Shown here piece by piece: positions 10,327 to 20,066 of a stretch of DNA of 61,214 nucleotides. The position numbers and the translations under genes are program-made. Origin of the DNA: Chloroflexota bacterium (GTDB lineage: Bacteria; Chloroflexota; Limnocylindria; QHBO01); NCBI GenBank assembly GCA_039933775.1, contig JBDTNK010000004.1:1-61214 (forward strand), given 5' to 3'. Position 1 is the first letter of the stretch; every line of letters begins with the position of its first letter. The notes under the pieces were generated by a model. The model was not told the DNA's origin. It saw nothing but the letters and a program-made list of their open reading frames with translations, and did not search any database.

Positions 10327-12640
10327 TCCGCGGCGTGCGGCGGGTGCTCGCGCGACGCTTGCCGGCGGCGCGGCGCGGCGTTCCGCTGCCGGCTGGGCGA
10401 CGCGATGCCGCGGCGACGACCGCAGCCTCCCCGCCCGCGGCGACCTCCGCGCCTGCGGCGGCCTCCCCGTCGGCGGGAACTTCGGTCCCGGGCCTGTGCG
10501 AGGTCGCGTAGTCACAGTCGGGGTATCGGTCGCAGGCATAGAAGGTCCGGCCTCGCCGGGTCCGCTTCGAGACGACCGTGCCCTGGTTGCACTGCGGGCA
10601 CGTGCCGAACTGCTCGGGCGGCGGCCCGTCCTTCTTGATGTAGCGGCAGTCAGGATACCGGTCGCAACCGACGAACGGTCCGAACCGGCCACGCTTGGCG
10701 GCCAGCTTGCCCTCGCCGCATTGCGGGCAGGTCTCGCCCACGCCTTCGAGCTGCGACTCATCGCCCTCCTCCCCCGGGAGCGGCTGCGTGTACTTGCACT
10801 CCGGATACCCGGCGCAGCCCAGGAACCAGCCGTTGCGGCCGAAGCGCTTGATGAGCATGTCGCCCTTATCGCCGGTGAGCGGACACGGGATGTCGGTGAC
10901 CTCGATCTGCTTCTCGATCGTGGCCTTGCCCTCGATCACCTTGGCCGCGAACGGTCCGTAGAAGTCGCGCACCATCGGGATCCACTCGTGCTCGCCGCGG
11001 GCGACGTCGTCGAGCTCGCCCTCCATCTTCGCGGTGAACTCGTAGTCAACGATGTTGGGGAAGTGCTCGACCAGCATGTCGGTCACGCGAAAGGCGGATT
11101 CCTGGGGGAAGAGGCGGCGCTCCTTGACCTCCACGTAGCCCCGGTCGCGGATGGTGGAGACGGTCGGCGCGTAGGTCGACGGGCGGCCGATGCCGTGCTC
11201 CTCGAGCTCCTTGATGAGCGATGCCTCGGTGAAGCGCGGAGGCGGCTGGGTGAAGTGCTGCTCCGACTCGAGGTCGTTGAGGCCCAGCGGCTCGCCATCG
11301 GTCAGCTCAGGCAAAATGGCGAGGCGCTCGTCTTCCTCCTCGTCGCGGCCCTCGACGTAGACCGCCTGGTAGCCGTCGAAGATCCGCTTGCTGGCTCCCA
11401 CGTGCAGCGTGTAGCGCCCGGCTTCGACGTCCACGCCGACCTGGTCGAAGCGCGCCGGCGCCATCTGGCTGGCAACGGCACGCTGCCAGATGAGCTCGTA
11501 CAGGCGGTACTCCTCCGGCTTGAGATGGCCCTGCACCGATGCCGGCGTGCGGCTGAAGCTGCTGGGCCGGATTGCCTCGTGCGCCTCCTGGGCGCCCTTG
11601 CTCCGAGCCCGATACGTGTTCGGGCGCGACGGCACGAAGTCCGCGCCGTAGCGCTGGCCGATGAGCTCGCGCGCCTCGGCCACCGCGCTGGCTGCGATCG
11701 CCACCGAATCGGTTCGCATATAGGTGATGAGTCCCGCCTGCCCGTCCGAGAGGCGGACACCCTCGTAGAGGCGCTGCGCCACGCTCATGGTGCGCTTGGC
11801 GCTGAAGCTCAGCTTGCGCGAGGCCTCCTGCTGCAGCGTGCTCGTCGTGAACGGTGGCGACGCGCTGCGCTTGCGCTCGCTGCGCGTGACGCTCGCCACG
11901 CGGTACGCGGCTGCGCGGAGCGCTGCCTCGTGCTCCTCGGCCTGCTGCTGGGAGCTGACGACGGCCTTTTCGCCGTCGATCCTGGTGAGCTGCGCGACGA
12001 ACGTTGCGCCGCCGCTTTGGCGCTGCAACGTGGCGGCGATGCTCCAGTACTCCTCCGCCACGAACGCGCTGATCTGGCGCTCGCGGTCGACCACGAGCCG
12101 CACGGCGACGCTCTGCACGCGCCCCGCGGTGAGGCCGCGCCGAATCTTGCTCGCCACGAGCGGGCTCAGCTTGTAGCCGACCAGGCGGTCGATGACGCGG
12201 CGTGCCTGCTGGGCGTTGATGAGATCGAGGTTGAGCGCCCGCGGATGCTCGAATGCGGCATCGATCGCCGACTTCGTGATCTCGCTGAAGGTCACGCGCC
12301 GAATCCGCTCGTCGGACAGGCCCGCGTGCTGCGCGATGTGCCATGCGATCGCCTCGCCCTCGCGGTCGAGGTCCGTCGCCAGCCAGACGTGATCGGCCTT
12401 GCGAGCCAGCTCGGTCAGGCGATCAAGCTCCTTGCGCCGGTCGGTGAGCGGCACGTACTCCACGGCAAAGTCGCCCTCGACGTCCACGCCGAGACGCCGC
12501 TTCGGGAGATCACGGACGTGACCGAAGGACGCAACGACCTGGTAGCCGGGGCCGAGATAGCGTTCGATGGTGCGGGCTTTCGCCGGTGACTCGACGATGA
12601 CGAGATCGTTGGCAGGCCGCTTCGGGGTGGGTGTCGACAT
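10319..12640 (-). CDS. topA: DNA topoisomerase I with C-terminal zinc ribbons
   Basis: [40 protein letters not shown], three zf-C4-like repeats. Confidence 0.98.
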   Translation of the reverse strand: MSTPTPKRPANDLVIVESPAKARTIERYLGPGYQVVASFGHVRDLPKRRLGVDVEGDFAVEYVPLTDRRKELDRLTELARKADHVWLATDLDREGEAIAWHIAQHAGLSDERIRRVTFSEITKSAIDAAFEHPRALNLDLINAQQARRVIDRLVGYKLSPLVASKIRRGLTAGRVQSVAVRLVVDRERQISAFVAEEYWSIAATLQRQSGGATFVAQLTRIDGEKAVVSSQQQAEEHEAALRAAAYRVASVTRSERKRSASPPFTTSTLQQEASRKLSFSAKRTMSVAQRLYEGVRLSDGQAGLITYMRTDSVAIAASAVAEARELIGQRYGADFVPSRPNTYRARSKGAQEAHEAIRPSSFSRTPASVQGHLKPEEYRLYELIWQRAVASQMAPARFDQVGVDVEAGRYTLHVGASKRIFDGYQAVYVEGRDEEEDERLAILPELTDGEPLGLNDLESEQHFTQPPPRFTEASLIKELEEHGIGRPSTYAPTVSTIRDRGYVEVKERRLFPQESAFRVTDMLVEHFPNIVDYEFTAKMEGELDDVARGEHEWIPMVRDFYGPFAAKVIEGKATIEKQIEVTDIPCPLTGDKGDMLIKRFGRNGWFLGCAGYPECKYTQPLPGEEGDESQLEGVGETCPQCGEGKLAAKRGRFGPFVGCDRYPDCRYIKKDGPPPEQFGTCPQCNQGTVVSKRTRRGRTFYACDRYPDCDYATSHRPGTEVPADGEAAAGAEVAAGGEAAVVAAASRRPAGSGTPRRAAGKRRASTRRTPRSG

Positions 12641-12701
12641 CGGGGACGGAGTGTAGCACCGGCCTCGCAACCGGCCCTTATCGCGCCATTAGCTCCTGAG
12701 A

Positions 12702-12731
12702 CGACCATGCCGCCCTAGGGCGGCATGGTCG
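12702..12731. terminator. perfect 30-bp palindrome; probable terminator of the Ig/CAP gene
   Basis: CGACCATGCCGCCCTAGGGCGGCATGGTCG equals its own reverse complement; 25 nt past the stop at 12757; no U-tract. Confidence 0.55.
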
Positions 12732-12756
12732 AGAGTGGTCGCGGTTGCGGTTCGCG

Positions 12757-14424
12757 TCAGCCGACGAAATCCCAGGTGATGATGACCGTGGCACCGGCCT
12801 GGGCAATTCCCACCCCCATCCGCGAGAAGCTGGGGCTGAGAATGTTGCCGATGTGGTTCCACTGCCCCGGATACGGCTCGGCCATGAACTGCGCGTGGCA
12901 CCAGTTGAGCGTGTCGACGACGCTCATGCCGTTGTAGTAGCACTGGTTCTCGCCCGATGCGCCGAAGCTCACACCGCCGGCTGCCAGCCGCTGCTCCCGC
13001 GTCCGGCCATCCAGCGAGGTATGGCTGAAGTAGCCGTTCGCGGCCTGGTCGGCGGCATGCGCCTGCGCGACCGCCGAGACCGCCCCGTCGAGGGCCAGAG
13101 CGCCAAATCCATACGCAGCACGCGCCGCGTTGACCTGGTTGAGCGCGTACTGCACCGCGTCGCCGCTCGGCGCGGCCACCGGAACCGCCGGACGCGGTGC
13201 CGCCGGCGCCACCGGGGCAGCGCGCTGGGTGACCGCGACATCGACCGGCGCGGCGGGGACCGAGGTGAACTTGTACGAGGTCTCAACCGCGTTGCCGTCG
13301 GAATCGAGCGCACCGCTGCCGAGCTCCAGCTCGAACTGGCGTCCCGGCGGGAAGTCGGCATCACCGATGAAGGTGAGCTGCGTGCCCTCGTCGTTCCAGC
13401 TCAGGTTTCCGCCCACGAGGCCAACCGCCGATCGATCCCAGAGCGCGAAGGCACGGTCGACCGAATCGGTGTTCATGGGTGCGCTGAACCACAGCTGCAG
13501 AACGTTGCCGCTCACGTCGGCCTGGTCCGCCGCCGGGACGCTCCGCACGACCTGCGCGCCCACGCGCGTTGTGAAGCTGAACACCGGGTCTCCGCCGACG
13601 CGGTTGCCGAGTGCATCGCGGGCCTCCGCCACGCTGACCGAGTAGCGCGCATCGGCCTCGAAGGCGGTCTCCGGCGTGAAGGTGACCTGGTTGCCGTTCC
13701 ACGAGAAGGATCCATCGACGCTGGGCGTTATGGCGAAATGCTCCTCGACATCGGCCTGGTCCATCGGGACGCTGAACCCGAGCGTGACCGCGGTACGCCG
13801 GCTGACCCCCGCCTTCGTGTTGGGAGGAGGTGCCAGGGCGGCAGCCGCCTCATCGGCTCGAGAGCCGGCCTCGAGCAGCGCCTTGGGTTGCTTGTCAAAA
13901 GCATCAGCGGCCGGGGCGTTCACCGTTACCTGGAAGCCAGCGACAATCGGCGCGGTCTGCGTCGTGAAGCTGTAGCGCGTGGTCTTGCCGAGTGGCAGTC
14001 CAGACGCCGTGGCCGCGGCCCCCGGGACAAGCACCAGGTAGCGCTCGTCGGTGGACCAGCGTCGGCTGGGCGTCAGCTCGACGCTCCTGCCGTCCGCGCT
14101 CCACGTCGTGGCGAACGGGGTTTCGGGCAGCACCCGCAGGCCGGCGTCGACCGACGCGGGGTTCATGGGCGTGTTGAAATTTATGCGGATGGCATCGTTG
14201 GAGGGAATCGCCATGCCGACGTTCGCGGGAAGCAGCGACGCAGGCGCAACCTCCGGCATGGGCCGGCTGGCCTGGCTGACCGCCTGCTGCGAAAGGCCAA
14301 GGACGATGGCCAGTGCGAGCGCCACGACCGAGGTACGGGTCACGGCGCTGTGTCGGCGGATCAGGGTGGGCAGCGATTCGAATCGGGCGGACAGAGCCGC
14401 GCTCGCACTTCGGATCGAACGCAA
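12757..14424 (-). CDS. exported protein with repeated Ig-like (Big_5-like) domains and a C-terminal CAP/SCP domain
   Basis: N-terminal hydrophobic helix; three F.xPM...SV repeats; VNAARA, YFSHTS, GEN, HIGNIL...MGVG of CAP; TTG start 10 nt after AGGAG (start uncertain). Confidence 0.82.
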   Translation of the reverse strand: MRSIRSASAALSARFESLPTLIRRHSAVTRTSVVALALAIVLGLSQQAVSQASRPMPEVAPASLLPANVGMAIPSNDAIRINFNTPMNPASVDAGLRVLPETPFATTWSADGRSVELTPSRRWSTDERYLVLVPGAAATASGLPLGKTTRYSFTTQTAPIVAGFQVTVNAPAADAFDKQPKALLEAGSRADEAAAALAPPPNTKAGVSRRTAVTLGFSVPMDQADVEEHFAITPSVDGSFSWNGNQVTFTPETAFEADARYSVSVAEARDALGNRVGGDPVFSFTTRVGAQVVRSVPAADQADVSGNVLQLWFSAPMNTDSVDRAFALWDRSAVGLVGGNLSWNDEGTQLTFIGDADFPPGRQFELELGSGALDSDGNAVETSYKFTSVPAAPVDVAVTQRAAPVAPAAPRPAVPVAAPSGDAVQYALNQVNAARAAYGFGALALDGAVSAVAQAHAADQAANGYFSHTSLDGRTREQRLAAGGVSFGASGENQCYYNGMSVVDTLNWCHAQFMAEPYPGQWNHIGNILSPSFSRMGVGIAQAGATVIITWDFVG

Positions 14425-14518
14425 TAGACACAAGCTCCTGTTGGGGGTTTTCATCCGCGAGCACGTGCGGATTGACCCCTCTGGGTCTGCGGAAGTATAG
14501 CCCGATCGTCCCGGTGTG

Positions 14519-15799
14519 TCAGGCTGGCGCGTCGCTCGCCGAGGGTGCATCTGCCTTCACCGCCTCTCGATCGATGCGTCGCGCGACCACCGTCGGATGG
14601 AATGTCACGCCGCCATACGAGGTCACGAGGCCTCGTGCCTCGAGCAGCGTCAACGTGCTGGCGACCGCTCCGGGAGCAAGCCTGGTGGGCTCGAGCAGCT
14701 CCTCGATCGAGGCGCTGCGACGCAGCAGCGTCTGGAGCACGAGCCCCTCGCTCTCTGACAGCGACGCCACGCTGATCGGGCCGCTCGGGCGGTGGACGCC
14801 AACCTGGTGCAGGAGCGCCGCGGGTGACGTGATGAGGTCCGCCTGACGATCGGCGATCAGTCGATTCGGTCCTTCGGAATTCGACGCGCCCATGGGTCCC
14901 GGCACCGCGTACAGGACGCGCCCGTAGTCGATGGCGGCCTGCGCTGTGAGCAGCGCCCCCGATCGATTCGGCGCCTCGACCACGACGACGGCCGACGCGA
15001 GCCCGGCAATGATCCGGTTGCGGCGTGCGAAATCGGGCCTGCCGATGGACTGACCGGGACCGATCTCGGTCACCAGGGCGCCGCCGGTCGCCACCAGCCG
15101 CCGAGCGAGCTCGCGATGGCGAGGCGGATAAATCCGCCCCAGGGGTGACGGCAGCACCGCGATGCTGCGCCCACCCGCGTCGAGGGCGGCGCGATGCGCC
15201 TCGCCGTCGATCCCCAACGCCAGGCCAGAGACCACGACCGCGCCAGCCCGGCCGAGCTCGTCGGCGAGATGCGCCGCGGCGGCCCGCCCGTAGCCGCTCG
15301 CTCGTCGCGTGCCCACGATCGCGACGCAGGTCGCATCGAATGCCTCCAGGTCGCCTGCCGCGTAGAGCACCGCCGGACGAGGATCGACGTCGGTCAGCGC
15401 CCGCGGGTAGCTGTTGTCGAGCGCTGTCAGGATCACGCCGCCAACGCCCATGGTCATGCGCGAGACGCGGCGCGCGACCGTCTCGGCGCCGTCCCGCAGC
15501 AGCCGACGCAGCACCGCCGCGGTGTCGGGCGCCTGGCGCGCCATCAGCGGCAGCAGTCGCTCCCCCGCCTCCCACGCGCCCCGGGCGCTGCCGAACGCAT
15601 GGAGCAACCGTGCAAACGTCACGGGGCCCATCCCCGGCAGCGTCTGCAGGGCGATCCAGTACGCGCGCTCGGCACCGACGTCGAGCGCGGCGAGGTCGAG
15701 CGTTCGCCAGTCGCCGCGCGCGTGGTGCTGCCCCTCGCTCGCAGCACGTTCATCGCGCGGATCCCCGCCGAGCGGGCCGGCGTCGCTGACACCGATCAC
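14519..15799 (-). CDS. dprA: DNA-processing protein DprA
   Basis: VAIVGTRRAS.YG, VSGLALGIDGEAH, FARRNRIIAGL, SGALLTA; GTG overlaps comM stop. Confidence 0.95.
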   Translation of the reverse strand: MIGVSDAGPLGGDPRDERAASEGQHHARGDWRTLDLAALDVGAERAYWIALQTLPGMGPVTFARLLHAFGSARGAWEAGERLLPLMARQAPDTAAVLRRLLRDGAETVARRVSRMTMGVGGVILTALDNSYPRALTDVDPRPAVLYAAGDLEAFDATCVAIVGTRRASGYGRAAAAHLADELGRAGAVVVSGLALGIDGEAHRAALDAGGRSIAVLPSPLGRIYPPRHRELARRLVATGGALVTEIGPGQSIGRPDFARRNRIIAGLASAVVVVEAPNRSGALLTAQAAIDYGRVLYAVPGPMGASNSEGPNRLIADRQADLITSPAALLHQVGVHRPSGPISVASLSESEGLVLQTLLRRSASIEELLEPTRLAPGAVASTLTLLEARGLVTSYGGVTFHPTVVARRIDREAVKADAPSASDAPA

Positions 15800-17295
15800 G
15801 GCGCCACCTTGGCGGGCCGATAGGTGAGCGCCTCCTGGACATGCCGCGCCGCGATCCGATCCACACCCTCCAGATCCGCCGCGGTGCGGGCGACGCGCAA
15901 CGCGAGCACCAGTCGCCGGCGCGAAACGCCGAGCTGCCGCCCGAATGTCTCCAGGCGCGCCGCCACGCCGGCCTCGGTGCCGCTGGCAAGCAGCTCGCTC
16001 ATCGACAGCTCGGCGTTCGGGCGCCCGGCACGCCACGCCTGGCGCTCGACCGCCACACAGACCCGCGCCGCGACGGATCGCGTTGGCTCGCTGCCGGTTC
16101 GGCGCGCGCCGAATCCCGCCTCGCCCAGCGTCACGAACAGGTCGATGCGATCCCGTAGCGGGCCGCTCAGGCGGGCCGCGTAGCGCCGTGCCGCCCCATC
16201 CTCGCAGCTGCAGTTCCCACCGTCCGCGTTCCGCCAGCCACACGGACAGGGGTTGTATGCAGCGAGCAGCTGGAACCTCGCGGGCAGGCGCAACGCGCCC
16301 TCGGCGCGCGCGATCGTGACGCTTCCCAGCTCGAGCGGCTGGCGGAGCGCCTCGAGCGCATCCGCGCGGAACTGGAGGAGCTCGTCGAGCAGCAGGACTC
16401 CACGGTGCGCGAGGCTCGCCTCACCGGGGCGGACCTGCGCGCCACCGCCGACCAGGCCCTGCGTCGAGACCGTATGGTGCGGCGCCCGGACCGGCCGCGC
16501 CGCGGTCACCGGCGTGCGACGGTCGAGCAGACCGGCAACCGAGTAGATCCGGCTGACCTCGATCGCCTCGTCGTCACCCAGTGGCGAGAGCAGGCCAAGC
16601 GCCGCCCGCAGCAGCAGCGTCTTCCCCACCCCCGGCGGCCCGCACAGCGCCAGCGCATGCCGTCCCGCCATGGCCAGCTCAACCGCGCGCCGCGCCGATG
16701 ACTGGCCGATCACCTCCTCGAGATCCGGGATCTCGCCAGCGGGCGCCGAGACCGCGCTGCGTGCGGGTTGCTGCGCCGCGAGGCTGCGCACACCGGCGAG
16801 GTGCGCGACCGCGTCCCCCAGCGTGGCGGCGGGACGCACGGTCACGCCGTGCACGACCGCGGCCTCGCCGCCATTGGCAAGCGGCACGATTGCCTCCCGG
16901 ATGCCAGCCCCACGCGCCGCATCGACGAGGGCGATGACGCCGGCGATCGGTTGCAGCTGTCCATCAAGCGCCAGCTCGCCAAGCAGCAGGACGTCCTCGT
17001 GCTGGACCTTCAGCTGCCCGGAGGCTGCCAGGATTCCGATGCCGATGGCGAGATCGTGCGCGGTCCCCTCCTTCTTGAGGTCTGCCGGCGCCAGGTTCAC
17101 CGTCATGCGGCGCGCCGGCAGCTCGAACCCGCCGTTGCGCAGGGCGCTGCGCACCCGCTCGCGAGCCTCGAGCACGGCACTCCCCGCCAGCCCCACGATC
17201 GTGAGCCCCGGCAGCCCAAAGGCCACGTCGACCTCGACGCGCACCAGCACGCCGTCGATCCCCAGGATCGAGGCACTGAGCATGCGTGCCAGCAC
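15796..17295 (-). CDS. comM: ComM/YifB Mg-chelatase-like AAA+ ATPase
   Basis: EARERVRSAL, VNLAPADLKKEG, GPPGVGKT, RAPHHT, LAHRGVLLLDE, NPCPCG, LSGPLRDRID. Confidence 0.93.
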   Translation of the reverse strand: MLARMLSASILGIDGVLVRVEVDVAFGLPGLTIVGLAGSAVLEARERVRSALRNGGFELPARRMTVNLAPADLKKEGTAHDLAIGIGILAASGQLKVQHEDVLLLGELALDGQLQPIAGVIALVDAARGAGIREAIVPLANGGEAAVVHGVTVRPAATLGDAVAHLAGVRSLAAQQPARSAVSAPAGEIPDLEEVIGQSSARRAVELAMAGRHALALCGPPGVGKTLLLRAALGLLSPLGDDEAIEVSRIYSVAGLLDRRTPVTAARPVRAPHHTVSTQGLVGGGAQVRPGEASLAHRGVLLLDELLQFRADALEALRQPLELGSVTIARAEGALRLPARFQLLAAYNPCPCGWRNADGGNCSCEDGAARRYAARLSGPLRDRIDLFVTLGEAGFGARRTGSEPTRSVAARVCVAVERQAWRAGRPNAELSMSELLASGTEAGVAARLETFGRQLGVSRRRLVLALRVARTAADLEGVDRIAARHVQEALTYRPAKVAP

Positions 17296-17422
17296 GGCGT
17301 CTCCTCGTGGGAGGCGCAGCAGCTGACGATCTGAGCAGGTGCCGGCCGCCCGCCTGCTCGCCTCCCAACTACCAGCGGCGACCGGCGTTGCGCAGGCTAA
17401 CGAGCAGCGCTTATCGGGCCGT

Positions 17423-17547
17423 TAGCGGCCAGTTACCCGAAGCTTCCGGCTGAGCGCAGCGTCAGCTGCCGACGGCGACAGCCTCGGCGGCGAGCGCCTT
17501 GTCGAGCGCGCGCGAACTCGGTCACGCTGCGCCTCAAGGCCCATCGG
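17423..17547. repeat. degenerate duplicate of the 3' end and downstream flank of the REC-CpaE gene (direct repeat copy 1)
   Basis: Aligns with 18761-18888; 17462-17514 is identical to 18800-18852 over 53 bp, followed by a 2-bp deletion. Confidence 0.9.
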
Positions 17548-17708
17548 TCGCTCGTCGCGCCCACTGTCAGGGTGTCCACTGAGACCGGTCAACTCCAACC
17601 CAAGGATCCCGCGCGGCGGCGCCGGCCGGTTGAGCACGCGGTAAGGCGAGTGGTCACTCCTTGCGGAATGGCAGTTGAGGCTGCAAGTTTCTGCGGTAAG
17701 GTCTCGGC

Positions 17709-18647
17709 ATGAGCGTCCCTGCTGGATACGACCTTCGAGCACCGATCCCAGATGACCTTCCTGCGGTGTCAGAGGTGCTCATCGCCGATCAACTCGCTGC
17801 CAACGGGCAGTCAGTGCTGGGCGCGGATTACATCCGTAAGGTATGGACCAAACCCGGCTTCGAGCTTGCCACCGACGCCTGGGTCGTGACTGAGGGCGCA
17901 GACAATATCGTCGCTTACGGACAAGTTACGCGTGACGTGCCTGACATTGTCGAGTCTTGGGGGGTCGTCGACCCCGAGTACCGGGCGCGGGGCATCGGCT
18001 CCGTCTTGTTCGAGCGCATCGAGATGCGGGCCTCCGAGCTTCTGGCCGGCATTCCATCTTCCCGCTTCCGCCACGCGATCGACGCGAGAGACCTTGCCGC
18101 GGCCGGCATGCTCCGTGCCCGCGGCCTGCAGCCGGTCCGCCATTTCTGGCACATGCAGATGGATCTCACTTCGCCGTTCGAACCGGTGCCGCCGCCCAAG
18201 GGAATCGAGATCAGTAGAATCGAGCCGCGCGATCTCCTGGCCGTTCACACCGTTTTGCAGGATGGCTTCGCCGACGATTGGGGCCACCATCCACAGCCGT
18301 TCGATCAGTGGGCCGGGGAGCAGGCGAGGAATCCACGTTACGACCCCACCCTCTGGTTACTGGCACGGAGTGGACGGAAACCGGTCGGAGCTCTCACCGC
18401 GAGCGCCGCGGCCGACGGCGGGTGGGTCGACGAGCTTGCAGTCCTGCCCCAGCATCGCCGGTGCGGGATCGGGACGACACTTCTCGGTCGGGCGTTCGCA
18501 ACGCTTGCCGGTCGTGGGCTCCAACGCGCGTTGCTGAATGTCGATGCGGCGAACCCGGCCGGAGCCACCGAACTGTACGAGCGAGTCGGCATGCGCGTCG
18601 TGGACCGATGGGACCTGTGGGGCCGTTCGCTTCGTAGGTCCGCGTAA
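17709..18647 (+). CDS. tandem-domain GNAT acetyltransferase
   Basis: Two motif-A segments (VDPEYRARGIGS, VLPQHRRCGIGT) and NVDAAN..GATELYERVGM. Confidence 0.88.
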   Translation: MSVPAGYDLRAPIPDDLPAVSEVLIADQLAANGQSVLGADYIRKVWTKPGFELATDAWVVTEGADNIVAYGQVTRDVPDIVESWGVVDPEYRARGIGSVLFERIEMRASELLAGIPSSRFRHAIDARDLAAAGMLRARGLQPVRHFWHMQMDLTSPFEPVPPPKGIEISRIEPRDLLAVHTVLQDGFADDWGHHPQPFDQWAGEQARNPRYDPTLWLLARSGRKPVGALTASAAADGGWVDELAVLPQHRRCGIGTTLLGRAFATLAGRGLQRALLNVDAANPAGATELYERVGMRVVDRWDLWGRSLRRSA

Positions 18648-18760
18648 CGCTGAGTGAGCGTGGGCGAACGGGTCGCGGGTCAAGCGAGACCTTCGCGGTC
18701 CAACACGAACCCTGCGGGGAGCCTCCCATCTGTCAACAACGTCTCTCTGCTGACGACAGC

Positions 18761-18888
18761 TAGCGGCCAGTTACCGGGAGCTCCCAGCTGGGCGCAGCCT
18801 CAGCTGCCGACGGCGACAGCCTCGGCGGCGAGCGCCTTGTCGAGCGCGCGCGCGAAGTCGGTCACGCTGCGCCCCAGGGGCCCATCGG
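18761..18888. repeat. direct repeat copy 2 (intact 3' end of REC-CpaE gene plus flank)
   Basis: Matches 17423-17547. Confidence 0.9.
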
Positions 18889-19993
18889 GCCGCGAGGACA
18901 TGAAGGGCTCGCCCGAGTTGAGAGCGCCGATCGCGCCGCGGTACTCGTTGATGATCTGGTAGTCAATCTGGCGCCCCAGCGCGGATTCGGCGTTCGCAAC
19001 GTTGATGCCGGTGTAAGCGTTCGAGCGATTGAGGACCAGCTGCATCTTGTCGCGCGGGTAGCCCAGCGAATCCATGGTCTCGAGCACCAGGCGCACGTTC
19101 TTGAGGCACGACAGGTCCGCGGTCATGACCACGAAGATCGAATCGGCCTCGTCGAACAGCTGCAGGTTGAAGTCGTCGATCGCGGACGACATGTCCACGA
19201 ACGTGTAGTCGTACGCCTTGCGCGCCAGGTTCAGCAGGTTGGTGAGCGACGCGGGATCGTTGCGCTGCCGCTCGGCGACCAGGTCGGCGGTCTCCGGTGA
19301 GGGCGGCGCGAGGAGCAGATCGAGCCCGGTGTGGTGCGCCACGACCATCTTGTGCAGCAGCTCCGCGTCGAGATCGGGCTCCGTGATCGCGTTCACGACC
19401 GATGGCTTGTCGAGGCCCAGGTCCAGGAAGACGCGCAGATCGCCGAACTGCAGGTTCGCGTCGAAGAGGCAGACCCGGCGCTTCATCTCGCGCACGAGCG
19501 AGATGGCGCTGTTGATCGCGATCGTGGTGGTGCCCACGCCTCCCTTGGCGCCGTAGAAGACGCACAGCTGTCCCAGCGTGGCCGCGCTTTGTCCGGTCCG
19601 CACCGTGAGCGTGCCGCCGCTGCGCGCCAGGAGCGACTTGATGCGGGCCATCAGCTCGAGCGGGTGGAACGGTTTGACGATGTCGTCGTCGGCGCCCGCG
19701 CGCAGGCCACGCACGCGCTGCTCGACGTCGGCCTCGGAGGTCAGCATGATGATCGGCACGCGCTTCCCGCGCGTCTCGGCTGAACGGATCTGCTGGGTGG
19801 CGGCGTAGCCGTCGAGTCGCGGCATCGCGACGTCCATCAGGATCAGGTCGGGCTCCGCGCTCTTGGCCATCTCGACCCCGGCGGCCCCGTCCGAGGCGAC
19901 GAGCACCTCGTAGCCCTCCTGCTTGAGGGTGAACACGAGCACGCGTTGGATATTCAGATCGTCGTCGACGACCAGGACCTTCGTGGCAGCCAT
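18800..19993 (-). CDS. receiver domain fused to CpaE/TadZ-type MinD-like ATPase
   Basis: REC: VLVVDDD, LILMDVAMP, IIMLT, VKPF; ATPase: GAKGGVGTTT, DANLQFGD, LVLNR. Confidence 0.88.
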   Translation of the reverse strand: MAATKVLVVDDDLNIQRVLVFTLKQEGYEVLVASDGAAGVEMAKSAEPDLILMDVAMPRLDGYAATQQIRSAETRGKRVPIIMLTSEADVEQRVRGLRAGADDDIVKPFHPLELMARIKSLLARSGGTLTVRTGQSAATLGQLCVFYGAKGGVGTTTIAINSAISLVREMKRRVCLFDANLQFGDLRVFLDLGLDKPSVVNAITEPDLDAELLHKMVVAHHTGLDLLLAPPSPETADLVAERQRNDPASLTNLLNLARKAYDYTFVDMSSAIDDFNLQLFDEADSIFVVMTADLSCLKNVRLVLETMDSLGYPRDKMQLVLNRSNAYTGINVANAESALGRQIDYQIINEYRGAIGALNSGEPFMSSRPDGPLGRSVTDFARALDKALAAEAVAVGS

Positions 19994-20066
19994 CAACGTC
20001 CCCTGGCGAATGAATGAAGAGGTCGCGATTCTACCAGTCGGGCCCCCTCCTTCCAGAGACCGATGG

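Noticed and set aside
10426-10483. Imperfect 18-bp tandem repeats
   Set aside because: They encode the low-complexity Ala/Glu tail of TopA; not a CRISPR or mobile repeat
17422-17742. 106-aa minus-strand ORF as a gene
   Set aside because: Runs through the degenerate repeat and overlaps the GNAT start; the VLNR match to CpaE may be chance
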